Shown here in pieces: positions 43,925-52,079 of a stretch of 52,079 bases of DNA. This DNA is from a virus (lineage: Duplodnaviria > Caudoviricetes). The number at the start of each line of letters is the position of its first letter. The first letter of the stretch is position 1. The position numbers and the translations under genes are program-made. Below the pieces are notes generated by a model. It was given only the letters and a program-made list of their open reading frames with translations. It was not told where the DNA came from and ran no database searches. The stretch spans positions 1-52,079 of IMG/VR virus record IMGVR_UViG_3300042468_001294. One strand, 5' to 3'.

Positions 43925-45361
43925 TTAGACGTCGCTGTTGCGGCTGGTGTTCACTGAACCCCCCGCCGATGTGACAGATAAAATGGTACTGAACGGCACA
44001 ATGGGAGACACGCCAGAACCGTTACGTACATCCACACGGGCACTGAAATTGGTCGAATAGATGAATGTCACCGACTCAGTAGCGGATGCCGCTACCTTAT
44101 CTATGAAGGGCACAAACACATCATCAGCCGTCACAATGTTTGAAGCCAGAGCCGGGGACAGGCCCGAAAAGGTCTTGGTACCTGCGTTGAATGCTGAATA
44201 GGTGTAGCGAAGACCCTTGACACGAATGACACCTGAACTCGGTGTATCAGTCTTAATGGACTCCACCACCGTGAGCGAGGTTGCCCCAGCACTAGCAGCT
44301 ACCGGCGTGTATTCATCCTTTAGTACACCACCCGAGCCGTCTTCACGCGCCACCAACACTCGGTCACCCGAAACAAGGTTACCAATTGTGACAATGGCGG
44401 TCGTGGGTGGTACCTGGGTCGTGCCGTCGTGGGCGATCAGTTGGTAGCGGGTGGATTCTGCTGCAAGTACACCAGTCAATGCCCAGCCACGGGCCACGAA
44501 AAACGTACCACCAGCGAAGGTGCCGAACGGGGCAGATGGAATTTCCGTGTACGCCGCATTAAGCACGCGGTAGCGCCAGCCTGGGACACCATCAAGGGTA
44601 GCAGTGCTGGTTTCGCGGGCCAGGTACTGTAGGTATTGGTATGCCTCTTGCAGCGTGCAACCACCGGTCAGCGCGATGGTGCCCTTGTACGCCTTGCTGC
44701 CGTTACCGTTACCCAAATCGAGCGTGGTATCTGCGAAGGTCACAGTAACCTTCGTGGACAGCGCCGCCGCCTGTACCTCGGTAAGCACGATATTGCTGTC
44801 CAATGCGGTTGAAAGAGCAGCATTGCTTTCGCCACCGGCTGCAAGGTTCACATCGAAGTGTGAATAGGTCTGCCCCCACTTGCGACTGAATGCCGTGACG
44901 TTACCTGAGTCGATCAGCGCGTTGGCTGTCTTTACCTTGACCAAGATCTGGATATGGCCATCCGCCCAAAACTTCGTAAGCTTGCTGCCGTTCTGAACCA
45001 CATATACGGGCGAAGCAGCGACAATACCGCCGATGGTCTTGAGTCCCGAATATTGAACAGCAGCACTGGATTGCTTGACTGAGCCGAAGTTAATGTATTG
45101 AGCCGCATCGTCGTCGAGGTTGAAAACCACCGATCCGGAAGTTAGAAGGTTCAGCCTGGATGCAACGGCTGCGTCCCGTGGGCCGTCCAATTTGGATGGA
45201 TTGGGTGCGAGAATGTCGAGCAGATCATTATTCGCAGCACTGGCATCATCTGCAAGGTCTTGCAACCAAGCATGTAATTCCAATACCGAATAGATAGTGG
45301 TACCACTGGCGTGACGGATGTCACCATTAACGGCGACCGAGAAATCTGCGGCGATTGGCAT
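43925..45361 (-). CDS. Putative virion structural (fibre/appendage) protein
   Basis: Beta-rich composition; APFGTFAGGTFFVARG. Confidence 0.6.
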   Translation of the reverse strand: MPIAADFSVAVNGDIRHASGTTIYSVLELHAWLQDLADDASAANNDLLDILAPNPSKLDGPRDAAVASRLNLLTSGSVVFNLDDDAAQYINFGSVKQSSAAVQYSGLKTIGGIVAASPVYVVQNGSKLTKFWADGHIQILVKVKTANALIDSGNVTAFSRKWGQTYSHFDVNLAAGGESNAALSTALDSNIVLTEVQAAALSTKVTVTFADTTLDLGNGNGSKAYKGTIALTGGCTLQEAYQYLQYLARETSTATLDGVPGWRYRVLNAAYTEIPSAPFGTFAGGTFFVARGWALTGVLAAESTRYQLIAHDGTTQVPPTTAIVTIGNLVSGDRVLVAREDGSGGVLKDEYTPVAASAGATSLTVVESIKTDTPSSGVIRVKGLRYTYSAFNAGTKTFSGLSPALASNIVTADDVFVPFIDKVAASATESVTFIYSTNFSARVDVRNGSGVSPIVPFSTILSVTSAGGSVNTSRNSDV

Positions 45362-45367
45362 GGTGAT

Positions 45368-47851
45368 TTACTCGTCAAGTTGCTGGTTTGCGGTCAGACT
45401 TACACCAGCAGCTACTAATGTGGCTGTCGTGCGCCACTCTTGGTAAGCCGGGGAGCCCGTGGCCTTACGTACCACAACCTCCACGGGGATGTTAATCGTG
45501 TGGTTGTAAGCATAGGTGAACGTGGTTCCGGCGACAGTCTGATTCGCTAGGACCGCTTGGTTATCAGTACGGCGCAGCAAAATGCGGGAACCTGCGATCA
45601 TACCAGCAACTGTCAGCGTGGCCGAGGTCACGGTGCCAGTTGAATCAGTTCTCGCACCAACGAAAACACCGCCGTTGGCCAGGGTTATCGTGCCCGTGGT
45701 TGTCAGGGTCCCACCGCTGGTGACGGTGCAACCGTCGATCACGAGGTTGTAGGCACCAATGTTGAGCGCAGCCAACGTGCCGCTGAGGTAATCCGCCTCG
45801 GCAAGATTTGCCGTCAAGCCGAGGTCATAGCGCAGGTAGTCGTAAAGCTGCGCAATGGTGCGATTGGTCGTCACCGTGATTGTGTCGGTGGCGTGGTTGA
45901 CGCTGATTCCGGTATAGGCCGCGACTGTGGCTTCGTTGCTCACGCTGATGACGGGATCGACGGTCTGGAACACGGCATTGTTGTAGAGGTAGCCGTAGTG
46001 TCGCGCCGCAACAATAAAGGGCGGAATGATGACGCCATCGAGGTAGTAGTTGCCGGTGGTGTTTGCGCTGGTGCCCGTGACGGTCAGCGTCAGGTCGCCC
46101 GTGGATGTCGGCGTCACCGTCAGCGCGAAGTCGTGCCACGCGTCTGCGGTGGCGGGTGCAGTGAAGGTTGCGGGCGTGCTGCCCTGGCCCGACAGCGTGA
46201 TCGAGGGCGGCGTGGCTGTGCCGTAAGTGGTGTCGAAGCGAAGGCTGCCACGCACCAAATAGGTTTGGCCCGCCGATGCGCCAGCCAACAAATAGGTGCG
46301 GCCATGGGCGCGGCCTGCCGCCTGCGGCTGAAACCGGATCGACGAAGTGCTTCGCTTGTTCACCACGTTGTCGCGGGCGATGAACCCACGAGCATTCTGG
46401 ATTTCCTGCACCGTCACATCGGAGTTTTTGTTGACGAAAGCAAACTCTGCCAACGGATTTGCAGGCGCGGTGACGAACACGGAGGTGGCCAGCGCCATGC
46501 TACCCACGGTGCAATCGGTCAGTGTGCATCGCACCAACGCCAGGCCGCCCACGCTGTTCGTTACTGCGCCAGCATTGTTCGCGCCAAGATTCGCGCCATT
46601 GACGGTAATGTCGCCGGTGCCCACGAGGGTAAATCGGTTGTAGCGGTCGAAGTCGCCACCGTCGACCACCAGCGCGGTGCCGGGCTGAACCACTACCGGC
46701 GTCGTCACGTTGCGCGTCACAAAATCAGTGAGCACAATTCCCGAGCCACCATCGGAAAAGTTGCTCATGTAAGCGATTGGGACGTTCAACACGCAACAGT
46801 TCCGAAACCCGGCCCCCGCACTGTTTGACGCGCCGCGCAATCCCAATTGACTTCCAAGCCCCGCCCCGCGAGTGGCGACCACGCACTCCAAAAAATCAAA
46901 CTCCACCGCGCTGTTTGCAACCCCAATGCCGAGGCCATTGCCACTGATGGCGGTTTGCACCGAGCCGTCGCGCCGGATGTTGCTTACCGCAAGGCGTGAA
47001 ATAACACCATCGCGGAACACGGCTGTGGAGTTTGCGAAGTAGGGCGCGGTCAATACCGTGAATGCTGACTGGTTACCGAACGTGCCATCAACACCTAATC
47101 CGTGGCAACTGACGTTTTTGATGTCAACGCTGTTCGCAGGCATCCCTGTGCGTGGCGTGATCGTGAAACCGGACCAGTTGGTTGCGTTGAAGTGTTCGAT
47201 GTAGACGTTCGACCAGACGTTCACCACAACCGCACCTGCGGCGCGACTGTTCGTCCATGCTGTTGCTACCGTGACGTCGTTGCCGCTGATTGCGCTGATT
47301 TGGCGGTGTTCTACCAGGGTGCTGCTGATGCCGTTGATCTCGGCGCTCAGGATCATCCAATCACCAACCGCCCAGCCGGTCGCGTCAGTCACCGTGAACG
47401 TGGTCGTGCTTCCACCAGTGACAGCTGTCGTGGTCTTTGTGTGACGCCGCTTGTCCACGCCACGCATGCCAATCAAATTCATGCGGGTCGTGGTGCCCAG
47501 GCCGACGATGTATTTGTTGTTAGCCATCGTCCCCGAGTAGTTGACGCGCACTCCTGCCGTAACCGAGGCTGGGATCGTGTCGCCTTCAACCCCCCAATCC
47601 CATTCGCCCGTGGCCGCGTTCGCGACCGTGCCTTTGATGGTGAGTAGGCTGCTCGTCGTGCGGCTGGCGCGCAAGCGACCGTTGATGGTCAGGCCCGGCG
47701 TCGCGTCATTGCCAACGATGCGGGTGCCGTCAACGGTGACCGTGTGCGTGGCCGCGATGGTTACGGTGTCATTCTCCCCGGGCACAACACCGCCCACCCA
47801 GGTCGCGGTGGCTGACCAAAGGCCGGTTTGTGCGGAAGTTATTGCGGCCAT
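45368..47851 (-). CDS. Putative spike/adhesin: G8-like N-terminus, beta-helix core, possible carbohydrate-binding module
   Basis: SAQTGLWSATATWVGGVVP..DTVTIAATHTVT; Asn/Gly/Val beta-helix pattern. Confidence 0.65.
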   Translation of the reverse strand: MAAITSAQTGLWSATATWVGGVVPGENDTVTIAATHTVTVDGTRIVGNDATPGLTINGRLRASRTTSSLLTIKGTVANAATGEWDWGVEGDTIPASVTAGVRVNYSGTMANNKYIVGLGTTTRMNLIGMRGVDKRRHTKTTTAVTGGSTTTFTVTDATGWAVGDWMILSAEINGISSTLVEHRQISAISGNDVTVATAWTNSRAAGAVVVNVWSNVYIEHFNATNWSGFTITPRTGMPANSVDIKNVSCHGLGVDGTFGNQSAFTVLTAPYFANSTAVFRDGVISRLAVSNIRRDGSVQTAISGNGLGIGVANSAVEFDFLECVVATRGAGLGSQLGLRGASNSAGAGFRNCCVLNVPIAYMSNFSDGGSGIVLTDFVTRNVTTPVVVQPGTALVVDGGDFDRYNRFTLVGTGDITVNGANLGANNAGAVTNSVGGLALVRCTLTDCTVGSMALATSVFVTAPANPLAEFAFVNKNSDVTVQEIQNARGFIARDNVVNKRSTSSIRFQPQAAGRAHGRTYLLAGASAGQTYLVRGSLRFDTTYGTATPPSITLSGQGSTPATFTAPATADAWHDFALTVTPTSTGDLTLTVTGTSANTTGNYYLDGVIIPPFIVAARHYGYLYNNAVFQTVDPVISVSNEATVAAYTGISVNHATDTITVTTNRTIAQLYDYLRYDLGLTANLAEADYLSGTLAALNIGAYNLVIDGCTVTSGGTLTTTGTITLANGGVFVGARTDSTGTVTSATLTVAGMIAGSRILLRRTDNQAVLANQTVAGTTFTYAYNHTINIPVEVVVRKATGSPAYQEWRTTATLVAAGVSLTANQQLDE

Positions 47852-48039
47852 TAGACTTCAATGATGCTCAAAGGAATTTCGGTTTTATCGATCGTTCGAA
47901 ATATTGTATCATCATCAACGGACTTGAACAATATACTGGTATCCGCGACCCGAAAAACGTGACTGGAATCAACAGTCTTGAGAATGACATCCGTGTCTGA
48001 CTGTCTGTAGATTGTTTGTTTCTCTACTTTGATCGACAT
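47851..48039 (-). CDS. Small protein with internal 9-aa repeats
   Basis: TAATG coupling; VILKTVDSS/VFRVADTS/LFKSVDDD/IFRTIDK. Confidence 0.5.
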   Translation of the reverse strand: MSIKVEKQTIYRQSDTDVILKTVDSSHVFRVADTSILFKSVDDDTIFRTIDKTEIPLSIIEV

Positions 48040-48046
48040 TTTCAGT

Positions 48047-48403
48047 TCACCGAGTAACTTCGCGGTCCAGAACCAAAGTACCCTTAACCAGTCGAGTTAC
48101 GACACCCGAACCGGACACAATTTCGATGTCGAATACGGCCTTCTTGAATTGGAACGCGGTCGTGGTAGCTGCCGGGATTGTGAGAGTAACCAATCCTGAA
48201 GCGCCAATGATAACAATGGCACCACTTTCAGTGGTTGCTGAATAAATGGTCGTTGTCGAATCGACCTTCTCGCGAATTTGCATCCGCGCAGTGTGTCCGG
48301 TCAGATTGATAGGCAGTTGCGTCTGTGGATCTTTGTAAGTAATCTCATAGACGAAAGTCGCCCCCTGAGGGACGATCAATTCTACTTCTTTAACGGCTGG
48401 CAT
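48047..48403 (-). CDS. Ig-like virion protein (BppU-N-like)
   Basis: QGATF, PINLTGHTARMQIR, VFDIEI, VTRLVKG, EVTR. Confidence 0.7.
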   Translation of the reverse strand: MPAVKEVELIVPQGATFVYEITYKDPQTQLPINLTGHTARMQIREKVDSTTTIYSATTESGAIVIIGASGLVTLTIPAATTTAFQFKKAVFDIEIVSGSGVVTRLVKGTLVLDREVTR

Positions 48404-48551
48404 TTTGTTTGTTCCTGTGGGTGTACTTGTAATTGCACACGGCGTAACGCTGCGCAGGGTCTTTGTAGTCCTTGACCATCACGGAATCACCCATGCACCG
48501 TTCAAGATACTTTTTCTTGGTTTCTTCTTTCTTGGGGGCGGGGATCGGCAT
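48390..48551 (-). CDS. 53-aa protein MPIPAP...RCM...QRYAVC, not in the ORF track
   Basis: Motif recurrent in phage head modules; fills the gap after Rz. Confidence 0.65.
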   Translation of the reverse strand: MPIPAPKKEETKKKYLERCMGDSVMVKDYKDPAQRYAVCNYKYTHRNKQNASR

Positions 48552-48557
48552 ATATGA

Positions 48558-49022
48558 TTATTTTAATGCTTCGTAAGCCTGTTGGCAAGTAGCACCCGCC
48601 AGTGCCCGTTCGTCCGCTATTTTAGCAAGCTCTCGACCAGCCGCTTCCAACCGTCCAAGCATGTCGGTAAGCACAGCGGAGGGGGCGGAGGCTGCTGGGC
48701 TTGCGGGGGCAACGGGGGGATCTGGGCAATGTTGGGTGGTGTAGGCTTCGGTACGCTGCCGCAACCCGTCACCAGCCACAACAGTGACAGCAAAAGAATC
48801 CACGATACGTTTCGACCGAGCGTGACTTTCATTCGCTACCTCATTCAATTTTCGTACCCATTTGGATTCGGCCTGTCTCGCCTGTTCTTCGGCTGCTAAC
48901 TTGGTCGCACTGATTTCAGTCTTTAACTTCAAGTTCGCGATCCCAGCCTCGCTCAACCGCCAAGTTTGTATACCGAGGCACACCAACAAAGCGAGGATCA
49001 ATATCAGTAGTAGTCTGATCAT
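48558..49022 (-). CDS. i-spanin (Rz-like)
   Basis: N-terminal TM, coiled coil, C-terminal AGATCQQAY; ATGA overlap with the endolysin. Confidence 0.85.
   Translation of the reverse strand: MIRLLLILILALLVCLGIQTWRLSEAGIANLKLKTEISATKLAAEEQARQAESKWVRKLNEVANESHARSKRIVDSFAVTVVAGDGLRQRTEAYTTQHCPDPPVAPASPAASAPSAVLTDMLGRLEAAGRELAKIADERALAGATCQQAYEALK
48617..48832 (-). CDS. o-spanin (Rz1-like), embedded lipoprotein
   Basis: Lipobox VTGC, Pro-rich, nested in the alternate frame of Rz. Confidence 0.85.
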   Translation of the reverse strand: MKVTLGRNVSWILLLSLLWLVTGCGSVPKPTPPNIAQIPPLPPQAQQPPPPPLCLPTCLDGWKRLVESLLK

Positions 49023-49492
49023 GATCCGATGCAGGTTTTGTATTCGCTTTCGCGCCTGACGGTCAAACCGTTGACCACTTGGCCTTTGAATCTGTTCCAC
49101 CGCAGTATTTCGCGACAGGCCCCTGTGTAGTCACCAACATTGAGTTTGGAAACCAGCGTGGATGTGCAAAACGCGGACTGCCCGATGTTATAGGCGAGGC
49201 TCAGGTAGGCGTCGTATTCGTGCTGGTGCAGGGGTACACGGACACACTTCTTGATCGCACCCTCGAATTTCTGAATATCTTCGAATTTTCTGGCAAGCGC
49301 TTGCGGCGGTGTGATCTTGTCCCCGATCTTGACCGGGGTACCGTCTGTCTTGGTTGTGGTCCCAAACCCGTAAGTTGGTACATCACCCGGCAGCGGTCTG
49401 ACCGCTTGGCCCGTGTACCCTTCTTTCAGCGCGAGGCTCACCAGCCCAGCCGCACTGAGAACCAGACTAGCCGCGACCAGGCGCTGTTTCAT
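49019..49492 (-). CDS. SAR endolysin, GH24 lysozyme
   Basis: Hydrophobic N-terminus, EG-x7-D-x5-GT catalytic region, YNIG, GLTVRRESE. Confidence 0.92.
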   Translation of the reverse strand: MKQRLVAASLVLSAAGLVSLALKEGYTGQAVRPLPGDVPTYGFGTTTKTDGTPVKIGDKITPPQALARKFEDIQKFEGAIKKCVRVPLHQHEYDAYLSLAYNIGQSAFCTSTLVSKLNVGDYTGACREILRWNRFKGQVVNGLTVRRESEYKTCIGS

Positions 49493-49725
49493 TTGATTTG
49501 GCCCATCCGAGCTTCGTACTCAGCTTGCCGCCGTTTGTCTTCTCGGTGCTTGTAGAACCAGTTCACCGCGAAACCGGCAACGCCAAGAACAATACCGATG
49601 AGAACAGCCGCTTCGCTGCTCAGCAGCCAACCGCTTATCGTCATACCGGCCCCGGTATAGGTCGCCTTGGAGGCCACGGTCCCGATGGTTGTGTCCAAAG
49701 TTTGGACTATGGTTTCCTTTTCCAC
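49489..49725 (-). CDS. Holin
   Basis: Small, TM segment(s), VNWFYKHREDKR basic tail, upstream of the endolysin. Confidence 0.85.
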   Translation of the reverse strand: MEKETIVQTLDTTIGTVASKATYTGAGMTISGWLLSSEAAVLIGIVLGVAGFAVNWFYKHREDKRRQAEYEARMGQIK

Positions 49726-49730
49726 GGCTT

Positions 49731-50978
49731 TTATCCTATGAAGATTTCGGATGGTTCACGGACACGCGTCAAGTATTGCGTCATCGCGTCCACTTGGTCG
49801 TCGTGGAATTCCGGCAGTGGGAAATTCTCCACTTCCTGTTCGAATTCGTTGAGCCAGTGCGCGGATTCGGGCAGGTACACAGTTCCGCTTTCGATCGCCG
49901 GGGCGACCCTCGATGCCCGGATGATTTTGTCGAATCCCTTGTGCCCCATCGGGATTATGGGGTACGGGCCTTCGCGCCGCAGGTCCTCAATCAAGGCTTG
50001 GCCTGACGCCGCGTCTTCGATCAACACCTCGTGCGGGTTCCACTTGTCGCACAGATCTTTCGCGATCCGCCGCAGATCCGGGTACACCACTTTGTCTTTC
50101 CAGACGTCCAACAGGTAATGCCCGGTTTTGTCCTGTGCCCACACTTCGCACACGCTCGGGTCGTTGATTTGCCCGGGTTTGTACGCAGTGTCGAAGCTCA
50201 GTCGCACCATGGACACCTCTCGATCCGGTGGCCGTTTATAGCGCTTAAACCACTTTACTTTGATCAGGCCCTGTTCGTTGAAATCCACGATTTCCGCGTG
50301 GATTTCCTGTTGACCCAGCCGTGTCCCTTCGTACTGCATGATCGCCTTACGGAACGGAGCCGCGAGGTTTTCCATGTTGTCGTAGGTTGACCCTTTTGTT
50401 ATCACCACCCCGGGGTCGGTCGATTTGATCAGGTCTTTGATAAACTTCACTGGCTTCGGTGTCGTGGTGAGCACCTTTTGTGGTGCTTTCCCTAGTCGAA
50501 GGCCGAAGTTCAGCATGTCCATCACCATTTGCGGGTCCGGCCACGCTGCTACTTCGTCGCACCAAGCGTTGTCGTGCTGCGGACCGCGAAGGCGTTCGGG
50601 CTCTTCGGCTGAAAACAGCGTGGCCATCGCCCCGTTGTCCCAGGTCACCCGCCGCTTCGACGGTTCGTACGTGGGTTTGTTCCAGGGCGGCGAAATCGCG
50701 AGAATCCCGGATTCCCCCTCGACGATAACGTCACGAAGGTCAGCCGAGGTGGGCGCAATGATGGCCATTCGACTGGAGACACCCGCCTCAATCCGGTCCC
50801 GTACCCACTCCGCCCCGGTTCGTGTTTTGCCGAAACCCCGACCAGCGAGCACAAGCCAAGTGTGCCAATCGCCGTTGGGCGCTAACTGCTGCGGCCTCGC
50901 CCAGGTTGGCCAGTCGTAAATGAGCGCTGCGGCTTGCCTGTCGGTCAACCCCGCGACGAAATCATTTCTGGGATTCAT
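49731..50978 (-). CDS. terL: Terminase large subunit
   Basis: AGRGFGKT, PERLRGPQ, WCDE, TTTP, DTA, HDDQVDA. Confidence 0.95.
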   Translation of the reverse strand: MNPRNDFVAGLTDRQAAALIYDWPTWARPQQLAPNGDWHTWLVLAGRGFGKTRTGAEWVRDRIEAGVSSRMAIIAPTSADLRDVIVEGESGILAISPPWNKPTYEPSKRRVTWDNGAMATLFSAEEPERLRGPQHDNAWCDEVAAWPDPQMVMDMLNFGLRLGKAPQKVLTTTPKPVKFIKDLIKSTDPGVVITKGSTYDNMENLAAPFRKAIMQYEGTRLGQQEIHAEIVDFNEQGLIKVKWFKRYKRPPDREVSMVRLSFDTAYKPGQINDPSVCEVWAQDKTGHYLLDVWKDKVVYPDLRRIAKDLCDKWNPHEVLIEDAASGQALIEDLRREGPYPIIPMGHKGFDKIIRASRVAPAIESGTVYLPESAHWLNEFEQEVENFPLPEFHDDQVDAMTQYLTRVREPSEIFIG

Positions 50979-51618
50979 CGGTGCGCTTCGCCATCATCGC
51001 GGCGAGCCTGTCCTTAGCCCACCCAAGGTCCTCAGTTTGGATCGGTGCCCCGTTCGGCCCACTGAGTTCGTTTGCAGTACGCTGCTTGTAAACCCCCGAA
51101 CGCCTTCCCTGCAGCATCATCGTCAGCACCGCATCCGAATAGTTGCGCCGCGTACCGATCTCGACACCCCGCCAGAACACCGGTTCGACCACCCCTTCGA
51201 TCGCCCGCTTCAGACCCGCTTCTTCCAGATCGTCCGTCACGCCTTCGTAGGTGTCATCCCAAGCTCGTGCAAACGCGTCGAGCCGCTGCCGCAATGTATC
51301 AGCCTGTAGCTTCGTCAGACCCGACATCGTGCAAGCCTTGGACACATTACAACCCGTGGCACGAAGAGCCCGAATAAACTTCGTCAGCTTGTCCTTCAGT
51401 GCCATCCGATACGCGTTTTCGCTGGCAGCAAGCTCCAGGATCTCGCCCTTTTTGCTTCCCGACATCAGGTACGGGTTGCTCTTCAGAAACTCCGTGGCCT
51501 CCGCCTCGGAATCAGTGGGTACAAACCCACCCACCGCGAACATGGTGAATTCCCCACCTTCGTCGATGGGCTCCTCAGCGTAGATGTGCTGCCACTGCTT
51601 GTTGATCGTCGCGTCCAT
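50962..51618 (-). CDS. terS: Terminase small subunit
   Basis: HTH (NVSKAC..SGL), LEEAGLKRAIEG, YSD, ELSGPNGAPI; upstream of terL. Confidence 0.8.
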   Translation of the reverse strand: MDATINKQWQHIYAEEPIDEGGEFTMFAVGGFVPTDSEAEATEFLKSNPYLMSGSKKGEILELAASENAYRMALKDKLTKFIRALRATGCNVSKACTMSGLTKLQADTLRQRLDAFARAWDDTYEGVTDDLEEAGLKRAIEGVVEPVFWRGVEIGTRRNYSDAVLTMMLQGRRSGVYKQRTANELSGPNGAPIQTEDLGWAKDRLAAMMAKRTDESQK

Positions 51619-51625
51619 AGGCGCG

Positions 51626-51655
51626 ATTTTACCACCGGCTTACACTTTCTTGCAA
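51626..51655 (-). promoter_or_regulatory. Putative late-operon promoter TTGCAA-18-TAAAAT, extended -10
   Basis: -10 box lies 7 nt from the terS ATG. Confidence 0.55.
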
Positions 51656-51704
51656 TATATATACCCCCTGGCCACCGCGAGCGGTACACTACCTTCGCGG
51701 AAAA

Positions 51705-51841
51705 ATATATACGTATATATAACCGTGGTTATATATACACTGACCAAGGAGCTATATGCAAGAGAAGAGGACCAAGTAGACGCAACCAAGAGAGGAGGAC
51801 CAAGTAAAGAGGACCAAATACATACAACAAGTTGTATGTAT
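51705..51841. repeat. Palindrome / 14-bp-period CAAG array / palindrome; candidate packaging or genome-end signal
   Basis: CAAG at 51745, 51759, 51773, 51787, 51801 and CAAA at 51815; inverted repeats at 51713-51738 and 51818-51841. Confidence 0.7.
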
Positions 51842-51942
51842 GGTGACCAAGGTGTGCCGACAAATATGGTAGCCCTCGGCTCTTCTCTAGAACGCGGAGA
51901 AACCATATTCTACTCTGCCCGCGCGCGGCGTTTTCGGGGGGC

Positions 51943-51971
51943 TTGCGCGCCCGGGCGCGCCATGGTTTAAT
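51943..51971 (+). promoter_or_regulatory. Putative first early promoter TTGCGC-17-TTTAAT, extended -10
   Basis: Same architecture as other promoters; points toward the window end and a GAGGAGATA SD. Confidence 0.6.
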
Positions 51972-52055
51972 AAGTTATCGGTTGGGGGGCGGGCCCCGCC
52001 GCCGCCGCCCGGGGGCCCCCCCGGGGGGCCCCCCCCGCCGCCGAGGAGATATCCC

Positions 52056-52079
52056 ATGCCCTGCCCCCCCGCCCCCGCC
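52056..52079 (+). CDS. 5' end of an ORF (MPCPPAPA...) running off the window; probably continues as 2..226
   Basis: GAGGAGATATCCC-ATG, the phage's signature SD. Confidence 0.6.

Noticed and set aside
16811-50919. Many long + strand ORFs antisense to replication and virion genes (e.g. 16811..18055, 39754..40812)
   Set aside because: Antisense shadows from codon bias, with no motifs or SD.
1-52079. Prophage or temperate lifestyle; tRNA genes
   Set aside because: No integrase, CI-like repressor, partition genes, host flanks or tRNA cloverleaf recognised.

Overview
This window is an apparently complete, circularly permuted ~52 kb tailed phage genome with an HK97-type head and a siphovirus-like tail. 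The host is Gram-negative (holin, SAR endolysin, nested Rz/Rz1). No integrase, repressor, tRNA or CRISPR array was seen. The phage carries the full 2-aminoadenine (Z-genome) toolkit: purZ-mazZ-datZ plus a DpoZ-type family A polymerase, alongside a PrimPol-type primase, two helicases and a dCMP deaminase. Small early genes lie on the + strand (1-14.2 kb). Replication and virion genes lie on the - strand (14.2-51.6 kb). The most notable features are: (i) a Dam-family N6-adenine methyltransferase fused to an Nmad1/DUF1599-like helical domain closing the Z operon, which may give a doubly modified base; (ii) a first-transcribed module spanning the window junction that is almost free of A/T, and so of Z; (iii) a three-copy RNA element with compensatory changes ahead of the first genes; (iv) near-perfect sigma70 promoters that all carry an extended -10; (v) a helical domain present in three paralogues; (vi) repeat- and palindrome-rich non-coding blocks bracketing the first ~4 kb. 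All family calls come from motif recognition by eye, not database searches.
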